NCBI GenBank assembly: GCA_942492815.1
Contig: OW818658.1
Span: forward strand, 3,862,059-3,926,058
Direction of reading: 5' to 3'
Origin: Candidatus Hydrogenedentales bacterium
GTDB taxonomy: Bacteria > Hydrogenedentota > Hydrogenedentia > Hydrogenedentales > JAEUWI01
DNA length: 64,000 nt
The position numbers were made by a program, and so were the translations under genes. Below, in pieces: positions 35,471 through 46,600 of this stretch (positions are counted from its first letter, which is position 1; each line of letters begins with the position of its first letter). The notes under the pieces are model-generated. The model had not been told where the DNA came from. It saw only the letters and a list, made by a program, of their open reading frames with translations, and searched no databases.

Positions 35471-35959
35471 TTATTCACCTCCGCCCAGGGCTTCAAGTGC
35501 GGCCTTGTCACCCAGGATCTTGCCCAGCAGGTTTTCCGCGCCACTCTTTCCGTCCATGTAGGAAAGGAGGTTGGAAAGGTCCCGGCGGGCGGTTAACAGC
35601 TCGTTCAGCTCTTCCACGTTTTCGGCTACTTTGCCTGGGGAAAAGTCATCCATCGATTCAAAGGTCATTTCGACGCTCAGGTTGCCTTCGCCCGACAGGG
35701 TATTGGGCACTTTAAACGCCACGCGCGGCTTCATCGCTTTGAGGCGGGTATTGAAATTCTCGGCGTCGATCTCCAGCAGATCGCGATCACTCACGGGCGG
35801 AAGGGCTTCGGCCGGGTTTCCCGAGAGGTCCGCCATCACGCCCATGACAAAGGGCAGGTTAATCTTCTTCTCGGCCCCGTACAGTTCAACATCGTACTCG
35901 ATCTGAACCCGGGGGGCTTTGTTACGAGCAATAAATTTTTGACCACTCTGTTTTGCCAT
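35471..35959 (-). CDS. tssB: type VI secretion system contractile sheath small subunit TssB (VipA)
   Basis: MAKQSGQKFIARNKAPRVQIEYDVELYGAEKKINLPFVMGVMADLSG is the TssB signature. Start taken at the internal ATG (MAKQ...), because the upstream 17 codons of ORF 35471..36010 look like a spurious extension. Confidence 0.85.
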   Translation of the reverse strand: MAKQSGQKFIARNKAPRVQIEYDVELYGAEKKINLPFVMGVMADLSGNPAEALPPVSDRDLLEIDAENFNTRLKAMKPRVAFKVPNTLSGEGNLSVEMTFESMDDFSPGKVAENVEELNELLTARRDLSNLLSYMDGKSGAENLLGKILGDKAALEALGGGE

Positions 35960-36058
35960 GGTGCTCCTCGCCCTTTCTCTGTACAGCGACTCCGGTGCCC
36001 GCGCGGGCAACGGCCCCGCTGCCGTTAAGATTCTCTACACCCGGACTCGCCGGTTCCC

Positions 36059-37174
36059 TTAATTGTCATCCTCCGATGAGCCTCCCCCGGCGTTCATGGA
36101 ACCCGAGAGCGACGTGCCGGTGATGGTCTGGATATCCGAAAGCGCGCCGGGCGACAAGTCGGAAATAATGTCGAAAAAATTCGCCGTAACCAGGCGCTCG
36201 GCCCGCTTCATGATGAGCGGTACGGGGCTGGACGGTTCATTCTTGTTGTAGTACTTGTAGATGAGGTCGAAAGCCTTGAGTACGTCCTGCCGGGTATTGA
36301 TGCCGGCCGAACCCATGTCGCCGCGTTTTGCGGCCGCTTCACCACCACCACCACCGCCCGCCTCCTCGCCATCACCGGTGTCATCTGATTCTTCGGTGGC
36401 GCTTGCATCGGAAAAATAGCCGCGCCGGTCAAGCTCATTGTGGACCGGCTTCTTCATATCCTGCAACATACCGGCCAGGTTCGCAAAGGTGGGCGGCGTG
36501 CTCTCCGTCAACTTCTCTCGAAGTGCGCCCTTGATGCCATCCAGCGTGGCCAGCGACTCGGTCAGCGCGCCGTACATGGCCTCCAAATCGGCCAGGGGCG
36601 TGTCTTCAAAGGCCCCGAGAATCAGGGCCATCTTGGGCGCATCGCTCGATTCGTCACTACCTGCGGCCAGCGCGGCCTGAATATCGCGAAGGGAAAAGCG
36701 GCCTAACTGGCGAGAACTGGTCAGGGGCGTTTCCCGGAGGCGTTGCAGGAACTTCATCGTGTCGCCGGCCGTGCTGAGGGGGGCGCTCATGTCGTTCAGG
36801 ATATTCTCCCGCTCCATCCAGCCGTCCGGGTCGCCCATGCTCTCGTCGGGGTCCAGCGATGGGTACATGCTGTCCCAGTATCGCTCAATCATGCCCCGGG
36901 TCAACAGCAGGCCATCACGAAACCCGGTCACACCCTGCCGCTTCATGGCGGCAAGGCTCAGAAACAGGGCGGTTCGAAGGTGCTTGCAGGATTTGAAGTG
37001 CTCCAGCGCTTTTTCATTCAGATCGAGCCAATTGGGCTCCACGGCGTCGATTTCGGCACCGGCGATGACCCCCACCCCTTGTTCCTTGACGATCTCCTCC
37101 AGCGCAAAGAGGGAACCTTCCTCTCCACATGGATTATCACCGGGAATGGGCTCTAATAACTGGTCTAAATCCAT
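36059..37174 (-). CDS. tssA: type VI secretion system protein TssA (ImpA N-terminal domain family, short form)
   Basis: ImpA_N-like start MDLDQLLEPIPGDNPCGEEGSLFALEEIVKEQ. About 371 aa with an acidic/Gly-rich linker (DDTGDGEEAGGGGGGEAAAKRGD). First gene of the minus-strand operon. The listed ORF extends 79 codons further upstream without support, and the start could alternatively be the ATG 11 codons upstream (MCVLL...). Confidence 0.75.
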   Translation of the reverse strand: MDLDQLLEPIPGDNPCGEEGSLFALEEIVKEQGVGVIAGAEIDAVEPNWLDLNEKALEHFKSCKHLRTALFLSLAAMKRQGVTGFRDGLLLTRGMIERYWDSMYPSLDPDESMGDPDGWMERENILNDMSAPLSTAGDTMKFLQRLRETPLTSSRQLGRFSLRDIQAALAAGSDESSDAPKMALILGAFEDTPLADLEAMYGALTESLATLDGIKGALREKLTESTPPTFANLAGMLQDMKKPVHNELDRRGYFSDASATEESDDTGDGEEAGGGGGGEAAAKRGDMGSAGINTRQDVLKAFDLIYKYYNKNEPSSPVPLIMKRAERLVTANFFDIISDLSPGALSDIQTITGTSLSGSMNAGGGSSEDDN

Positions 37175-37612
37175 CAGCGCTCCTGCAGGGCTCAACAAGA
37201 CACACATGCGGCGCACAAATGGGGGATCCCTCGCTGCATGTAGTCGGTAAACAGTTGACCACGTGATTAAACCTGAAAAGTACAGGCAAGTCAAGATCGA
37301 TTTTGACCGGCCGGTGCGCCTGCCAGAATCCCCAACGCACCACGTGTCACAAGGGTAGACAAGGCCTGATCGCGTGGGTATCATAGTGATTGTGGCGGCG
37401 AAATGGAGCATGATCGGCGCGCCTCCTTCCTGTATAGTGGTCGGCAGAGGATCGTGCGGTCGCGAGATGCCTGGACCTTTGGCGCAACAGAGGTCTAAGG
37501 CTGCTCTATGCTCCTTTCCAAGGCGGGATGGTCAGGCTGTGGCCATCGCGGAGTTGGCGTCCACACACCCGGGTTACCCTACCCTGTTCGCAACGTGTAG
37601 CTGGAGTTTCAA
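37175..37612. promoter_or_regulatory. divergent intergenic region between tssA (minus) and the giant EF-hand/cadherin gene (plus); expected to hold promoters for both
   Basis: 438 bp, non-coding in all frames with convincing support. GGAG Shine-Dalgarno 11 nt upstream of the ATG at 37613. No promoter elements could be assigned confidently by eye. Confidence 0.4.
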
Positions 37613-40600
37613 ATGATTCTATTGCCCGGTGGGCGGCGGCTGTTCGATCCGCGCCTGGTTTCCAGTTTGCTCCTGGGGTTTGGCTCCTGCCTGGGGGCCT
37701 TGCCCGCATGGGCCGCATCCCCCTCGCCCGGCGGCGATATCACGGCCACGGCTCCCGGTGGAGGCGCGACGTCGATCACCGAAGACGACACCGCGCCCGG
37801 CGCCGCGAACGTTCGCTTTACTCCCACGACACTTAGCGACGCCGACATGGGCGAAACGCCCGACTCCATCCGGCTGGTATCCATCTCCGGCGGCACGATT
37901 GCCCAGGGGGATGGCACGGCCATCACCGTAAGCACTTCCGGCACAGTATTGGCCCTGACCGCCGGCGATCTCGACGCGCGCTTCACGCCAGACCCCGACC
38001 GCGATACGGCGGCGACCATCCAGTACCGCGTGGTGGACGAGGGCGGCGGCGCGGACTCCACATCCTCCACCATAACCATTGATATTTCCCCAGCAGACGA
38101 CGACGCTCCGGATGCCGGTGGGGCCGTGACCGCGACGAACACGAGCGGTGGCGCGATCAGTATCAGCGAAGACGCGGCGGCACCCGGCGCGGCCAACATC
38201 CGGGTCACGCCTACGACCTTGAATGACCCGGATACGGTGGATGATCCGCCGACAGCCATTCGGCTTCTGGCATTCACCGGCGGTACCGTGGCCCAATCGA
38301 ACGGCTCAGCCATCACCCTGGGCGCCGGTGGCACGGCCCTTACGCTGACTTCGGGCCGGGTCGACCTGCGATTTACGCCCACGGCCAACCGCGACACGGC
38401 GGTAACTATCCCGTATGTCGTGGTGGACCCTTCGGGTGTGAACGATTCGTCGTCGTCCAACATTACCGTTAATATTACGGCAAGCGCGGACCCGCCGAGC
38501 GCTGGGGGCAACGTCACCGCCACGGCACCCGGCGGCGGCGCAACGTCGATCACGGAAGACGACTCGGCCCCCGGCGCAGCCAACATCCGCGTTACCCCCA
38601 CGCCCCTGAGCGATCCGGACAATGGCCAGACGCCCGCATCCGTCCGCTTGATCAGCGTCGCTGGCGGAACCGTAACCCAGAGCGGCGGGGCGGGTATTAC
38701 GCTGGGGGCCTCCGGCACGGTTCTCGCCTTGTCTGCGGGAAATCTGGATCTCCGCTTCACCCCGACGGCCGATCGCGATACGGCGGCCACCATCAGCTAT
38801 GTCGTGGTCGATCCAGGCGGCATCAGCGATTCCGCGCAGTCCACCATAACCGTCAATATCACCCCCGACGCTGACGCGCCCTCCGCAGGTGGCAATATAA
38901 CCGCGACCGCACCCGGCGGCGGCGCGATCAGTATTACCGAAGACGCCGCCGCACCCGGTGCGGCCAATATCCGCGTAACGCCGACGACTTTGACCGATGT
39001 TGACGCCGGAGAGACGCCCGATTCCATTCGCCTGCTGGCCTTCACGGGCGGCACGGTTGCTCAGGGCGATGGTTCTGCCATCGTGCTCGGCGCTTCGGGG
39101 ACGATTCTCGCTCTCACGAGCGGCAACCTGGATCTCCGCTTTACCCCTGCGGCGAACCGCGATACCGCCGTAACGATTCCCTACGTCGTCGTGGATCCCG
39201 GCGGCGTGACCGATTCGAGCCCGTCCAACATCACCGTAAACATTACGGCGGTGAATGACGCGCCCACGGCCTCGAATGGCACGCTGGCCTCCATCGCGGA
39301 GGACGCAACAAATCCGGCGGGCGCAACGGTAAGCGCCTTGTTCGGCGGATCCTTCAGTGACGTGGAAGGCACCTTCGCAGGTATCGCCGTCACCGCGAAT
39401 CCACAACTCGCGTCGGAAGGGGTCTGGGAGTATTCGCCCCCCGCAAGCCCCGGCAATACCTGGTTCCCCATCGGAGCGGTCACCGACACCGCTTCCGCGC
39501 CCAACGCCCTGGTCCTGGGCACCACCACGATGCTGCGTTTCGTACCCACGACCGACTTCGGCGGCACGGTGACCTCCATCAGCGTTCGGGTCCTCGACAA
39601 CACCTACGCCGGCCTTTTCTCCTCGCGCACGGGAGGCACACAGAACCGGGTCACGCTCAACACGGCGACCAACGGCACACCCACAGCCATAAGCGGCGCG
39701 ACCAACACGATTTCCCACACGGTGATCTCCGACAACGACACGCCGTCGTCCGCGCAGAACAATCTACTGACGCTGAATCAGGGTGACGCGGCGACGATCT
39801 CGAGCGCCCTGCTGTCCTACACCGACACCGACGACGTTGCGGCCAATTTGACGTACACGGTGGTCGCGGGACCAACCAATGGTGCGCTGAACCTCGGCGC
39901 CTCGTTTACCCAGGCTGCCATCAACGCCAATTCGCTGACCTACACCCACAATGGTACGGTGACGCAGTCCGACAGCTTCACCTTTAACGTCAAAGATGAC
40001 GAGAACGCCACGACGGCCAACGCGACGTTCAACATCACAGTAAACCTTACCCCGACGGTAACGACACCGATTGCGGATGTGCTGGTCAACGAAAGCGCCC
40101 CCAACTCAGTCATCAGCCTGCTCTCCAGTTTCGACGACGCAGAAGACGGCGCGGGCGGACTGACGTACTCGGTCCAAAGCACGACAGGCTCTATTTTCAA
40201 TGGAACTCCGTCCATAGCCGGGAGCAATCTCACCGTTGCCTACCCCGCGAACACGCCGGGTATCGGCACCATTACGATCCGTGCGACGGACAGTGGCGGC
40301 GATTCCATCGAGGACACCTTTCAGGTCACCGTCAATGATCGGCCCGCCGCCGCTGCGGACAGCGGCAACACCAACGAGGGCACGGCAGTTACCATCGATG
40401 TCCTGCTGAACGACGGCGACACGGATGGCACCCTGACCCCGGCCAGCGTCACCGTGACCAGCGCGCCCGCCAATGGCTCCACGTCGGTCAACACGAGCAA
40501 CGGCCGGATCACCTATACGCCTTCCGGGAACTTCAACGGCACGAATACGTTTCAATACACGGTGAACGACAACCGGGCCGCAACGTCGAACGCCGCCACG

Positions 40601-43600
40601 GTCACGGTAACCGTAAATGCGGTAAACGATGGCCCCATCCTGACCGTCCCCGGAACCACGCAGGATGTCGCCGAGGGGGCCTCTCTCGTATTCAGTACGG
40701 CGAACGGCAACCCGATTACCGTGGCCGACGTGGACGCCGACGAAACCGCCATGCCGACGGGGGGGGTGAATGTTACCCTCGCGGCGACCAAGGGCACCTT
40801 CACCCTCGCCTCGACGGCGGGGCTGGTCAATCTCACAGGCAACAGCTCGGCCAGCGTGAGCTTCGACGCCACCATCGCCAACGCCAGTCTGGCGCTGAAC
40901 GGCTTGACGTATACCCCGACGGCCCTGCTGAACGGCGCGGAAACGCTCACGGTGACCGTAAGCGACAAAGGCAATACCGGCGCGGGCGGTGTGCTCACCG
41001 ACAGCGATACCATCGACGTGAGCATCGCATCCACCAACAATCCGCCCGTAATCACGGTGCCGGGCGGGCAATCGGTCAACGAAGACGCGACCACCGGAAT
41101 TTCGGGCATCAGCATCGCCGACCCCGACGCCGGCGGCGGCTCCCTGACTGTGACGCTGGGCGTCGCCCAGGGCCGCATCGCGGTGAACACTGCCGCATCG
41201 GGCGGGGTGACCGCGGGCAACATTACCGGCAATAATTCGGCCTCGGTAACCCTCGCGGGCACCTTGACGCAATTGAACAATACCCTGCCGACCCTCACCT
41301 TCACCACGGCATCCAACCTGGTCACGACTCAGACGCTCACCATCGGCGCCAATGACAACGGCAACTCCGGCGGCGCGGCGGAAACAGACTCGGAAACGGT
41401 CACGCTAACGATCACGCCGCAGAACGACAACCCGTCCTTCAGCAATTTCCCCGGCGCGCAATCGGTAAATGAAGACACCAACCTCGTGTTCAACGCGGCC
41501 AATGGCAATCGCATCACGGCGGCCGATGTGGACGTCCAGGAGAATAACCCCGGCGGCACCCTCCGGGCATCCCTGAGTGTGGGCAGTGGCACGCTCACGC
41601 TGGGCGGCACGACCGGCCTGACCTCCGTCACGGGCAACGGCACGGCTACGGTTGTCGTGGTCGGCTCCTTGACCAACGTGAACAATGCACTGAACGGCCT
41701 CACCTATCGCGGTACCCAGCATTACAATGGACCGGACACCCTGAGCGCCACGCTTAACGACCTCGGTAATACCGGTACCGGTGGCGGCGGCGATATCGCA
41801 CAGAGTGTTTCCCTAACCGTGAACGCCATCAACGACCCGCCCGAGCTCACCGTGCCCGGCGCGCAGACGGCCGACGAGAACGTCAACTTTCCTTTCAGCG
41901 CGACAGACGGCAATGCGATCGTTATTGATGACCCGGACGCCGACGAGGCTCCCGGAGAACTGGTGGCCAGCCTTTCCGTACTCCAAGGAACGCTCACCCT
42001 CGCCAACGGTGCCGGCCTGCTTGCCAGCAGCGGCAGTGGCACGGCGACACTGAACATGACCGGCACGCTGGCGGCGCTGGAAGCGGCGCTGGACGGCCTG
42101 GTCTACCGGGGCAACCTGAACTTCAACGGCGGCGATACCCTCTCCATCTCAGTGGACGATCAGGGAAATTCAGGCAGCGGCGGCGCGGGAACGGACAGCG
42201 CGGCGGTGGAAATCACCGTGGACGCGGTCAACAATGCGCCCCAACTGGTCCTTCCCGGCGCACAGACCATTGATGAAGACGCCACGGCTTCCATCACCGG
42301 CATCTCGGTAAGTGACGTGGACGCGGCTGCGGGCACGCTGGTTGTTTCTCTGGGCGTGGGCGCGGGCCGACTCCAGGTGGACGGCACGATAGCGGGCGGC
42401 GTTCAGGCCCTGGCCATAGGCAACAACAACACCAATTCGGTTACCTTGACGGGAACGCTGGGACAATTGAACACCACCCTCCCCTCACTGCGCTTTACTT
42501 CGGCCTTGAACAACCGCACGAACCAGACCCTCACCGTTAGTGTGAACGATCAAGGCAATACGGGACAGGGCGGCAGCCAGATCGCAACGGGCACCGTGGC
42601 CCTGAACATCTCAGCGCTGAATGACGACCCAAGCCTCAGCCTGCCCGGCACCCAGACCATCAACGAAGAGACCAGCCTGACCTTCGGCATCGCCAATGGG
42701 AACGCACTGAGCGTTTCCGATCCCGATGTGGCCGAAACACCGGGCCAACTCCGCGTGACCCTGGCCGTCGCCCGGGGCCGATTGAGTCTGGCGACTACCA
42801 GCGGGATCGCGCTGGTCAACGGCACGGGCACCAATGACACCTCCGTCACCTTCACCGGTGTCGCCACGGCATTGAACACCGCGCTGAACGGATTTTCCTA
42901 TCAACCCGATGCCAACGTTAATACGGAGTCCGGCGCGGCGGAATCTTTGTCCGTCACGGTGAACGATCAGGGCTTTACCGGCAATGGCGGTGGTGGAAAC
43001 ATCACGGGTGCCGTTCCCATCACGATCCTGGCCGTCAATGATGCCCCGGAACTTGCGGTGCCAGGCGCCCGAACGGTGAATGAAGATATCGACCTTGTTT
43101 TCGCGGGCAGTATTTCCGCCAGCGACGTTGATGTGGATGAAGCCACGGATGGCACGCTGGAAATATCGCTCGCGGTAACGAAGGGTACGTTGACCCTTTC
43201 CGGCACGGCCGGTCTTACCATCGACGCCCCGGCAACGGGCACGGCGGACATGACCATCACCTTCCGGGGCTCGCTGAGCGATGTAAACGCCGCCTTGAAC
43301 GGGTTGCGCTATCGCGGAAACGCCGACGTCAATGGCAGCGACACCCTCAGCCTGTCTGTCAGCGACCTCGGCAACACCGGGATCGGCGGTGACCTGGACG
43401 ACTCGGCTACGGTCGCCATCACCGTTACCCCGATCAATGACGCGCCAGTAGCGAGTAACGCTGCCCTCACACCGGTCGAGCCCCTGCGCAATGAGAATCT
43501 GAACGCAGCCTATACCTATACCGACGTGGACACCGATACCGAATCGGGCACCATCATCCGCTGGTTCCGCAATGATGTACTCCAGCCTGCCTTCAACAAC

Positions 43601-46600
43601 CTAACCGAAGTTCCCGGGGCCTCCACGGTCGAGGGCGAAGTCTGGTATTTCCAGGTGACGCCCGGCGATGGCACCATCACCGGTGCGGTCGTGCAGTCCA
43701 ACAGCGTCACGATTCGCCCTGTCGCGGACCTCCAGCTCTTCATCACACGCGAACCCAATGTCGTGGTGCCCGGCGAGGGCGTGGCCTACACCTTCCAGGT
43801 GCGCAATCTGGGCCCAAGCCCGGTGGCCGCCGCCGAAGTCTCCACCGTGCTGCCCGCAGCGCTCCAGAATGCAACCTGGACCTGCGACGCATGCGGCACC
43901 AGCGGCACCGGCGCCATCAATGAGACGGTCGACCTCGCTTCCGGCGAAACGGTCGAGTATCTGCTCGCGGCCGATATCGATGCCGCCGCCACGGGCGCAC
44001 TGGTGGTGTCCGGCTCGGTGCTCGCCCCCGCGCTGGTCTTTGAAACGGACAACTCGAGCAACAGCCGCACCAACAGCGCGACCCTGGTGCCGGAGGCGAC
44101 ACTCAATGTAACCATGACCGCGGATCGCGAGACGGCGCAGCCCGGCGATACGGTGGCGTACACCGTCACAGCCACAAACGGCGGCCCGTCGGACGCGCGC
44201 GGCGTCTTCTTCAGCGATGCGCCTGATCCCAACTCTTCACTCATTGCCGGAAGCGTCACCACGACGCTGGGCTCCGTGGTGAGCAGCGGAATCGGCGGCG
44301 TCGTCGTCAATGTGGGCGCCTTGCCCCTGGGCGACTCTGTGACCATCCGGTACGCCGTTTCCGTGAATGCCCCCTTCCCAGCGGAAGGCCGCGAGCAGAT
44401 CTGCACCCGCGGACTCTTCTCCGGCGAGCCCAACAACCCCGATGTGAATTTCCCCGATACGACACCTGACCAGGAGGTCTGCACCGCCGTAACCGCGGTG
44501 ATTGAACTGGGTGCAAGCAACACCGACACGCTGACCTTCGATGCGAACGCCGACGGCGTGGTCAATCCGGGCGACACGATTCGCTACACCGTTGACATTT
44601 CAAACCTCGGAAACGGCGGCGCGAACAATGTCACCTATACGCAGCCAGCCATCACCAATGGAAGCCTTATCGAGGACTCCGTCACGGCTTCGACGCCGGG
44701 GTCCGTCGTGGTTATCGACGCGGGGGCGCTCACGGTCAATCTTGGAAGCATCCAGGGTGACGGGAGCCCCGGAAGTACCGCCCGGATCACCTTTGACCTT
44801 GCTGTCGCGAACCCGCTTCCGCCGGGAACTGCGTTTCTTGTGAATCAGGGTTCCCTGGACTTTGAAGAGCGCCCGTCCGAGACCGCTCCCGTGCTTACGG
44901 ATGATCCAGGCGCCGTGGTGATCGAAGGATCGGACATCATCCAGGTGGATGGCGACGGCAACATCGTGCGCCCGGCACCGACCGTTACACCTGTTTTTGC
45001 GGCGCCCGCCCTTGTGGTGCGTCAGGGTGACGACATCACGCGCGCCGAAGAAAAGCAGCCCGGCGATGTGATCCAGTATTCGGTATCCATCGAGAATCGC
45101 GGTGATCTCGGGGCCCTCAATTTGTCCTACCGGGTACCCTTCCGCGACAGCGAGATTTCCGAACTGGAACTCGAGCAGGTCGACGGCGGCAATCCCCTCA
45201 GCGACGTGGCCGCCGCGCTTCTGGGCAATTTTGCCGTCCTGGACGTGGATGAAAGCGCCGGCCTCTCCAGCGCGGAGTTGAACGGCTCGCTCTTCGCACT
45301 GACCGAGCAACAGTTCAACGAACTCGACACGGGTGACGCGCGGGTCACTCTCGATGAAGACTCCATTCTGGTCAATGGAACGGCCCGTACAAACGAAGGC
45401 GGAGTATCGGAGCTGCTCCTCAATCTTGGTTCGCTGAATGGGCGCAATCCGGTGTTCACCAACGGCCCCACCATCACCATCACATTCGCCGTCGATATCA
45501 ACCCTGTTTTGCGCGCCGGCACAAACGTCATTCGCTATCAGGGCGTCGCGGACGGAGAAAACCACGCACCGGTTGTCTCTGATGACCCGGAAACCATCAA
45601 CACCGCGGCTGACGCGACTCAGACCAGCGTCCGGGCCGTTCCGTCACTCGCCGTCGTACCCGAGATTCTCACCATCGACTTCGGCGACCAGGACATTGAC
45701 GACGGCCCGACGGCCACCCGTACCGTGGAAATCACCAACACCGCAACGGCAACCGCCAACCTGAGCCTGGGCTTTGTGGGCCTTGAGGGTGCCTCCCTGA
45801 GTGACTTCACCATTGTCAGCGACACGGACGAAGACACGCTCGCTCCCGGACAGACCCGGTTGATCGCGCTCGCGTTTGACCCGCGTTCGATCGGCGGCAA
45901 ACGGGCGAGCCTGCGTGTGGAATCAGACGACCCCGATGATGCCGCCGTCGACGTGAACCTCTCCGGGCGCGCACTGGACAGCGACATCCGCGTGACCCCG
46001 AGCACGCTCGATTTCGGGAAACGCAACCTACTCGCGGGGCCCAGTAGTCCACAGTCCGTCAGCATTATCAACGACGGCCTCGGCGACCTGACGCTGGACA
46101 GCGTGAGCCTTGCCTGCGGACCCGACATCTTCCCCGTCATGACCCAGGCTCGCTTCGATGAGCTGGATATCAATGGCGACGGCGCGTTGAGCCGGGGCGT
46201 GGGACTCCGCCGCGAACTGGAAGACGCCATCGACCTCTTCGATCTCGCGGAAGAGATCATCAGCCGCTTCAGCGCGCTCGACGTCGATACATCCCTGGAC
46301 ATTAGTCCCGAAGAGATGGACCTCCAGTTCCCCTTCCTGACCGACCCGCGCTTTGAAGCCCTGGACGGCGACTCCTCAGGCGAGCTTGAATCCGCCGAGC
46401 TGGCCGCCGCCGTACGGCTGGCCGGTTTCGCCGAGAGCCTCCTGAACAGCTTTGACGACTTCGACACCAGCCTCCCCGCAGGCCTTGACTTCACTGAAGC
46501 GCAGAGCATACTTCCCGACCTCACTGAGCTGGAGTTCCTGGATCTCGATGGCGATGGCGATGGTGTTCTCAGCCGGACCGAGCTCGAAGAGCGCTTGAAG

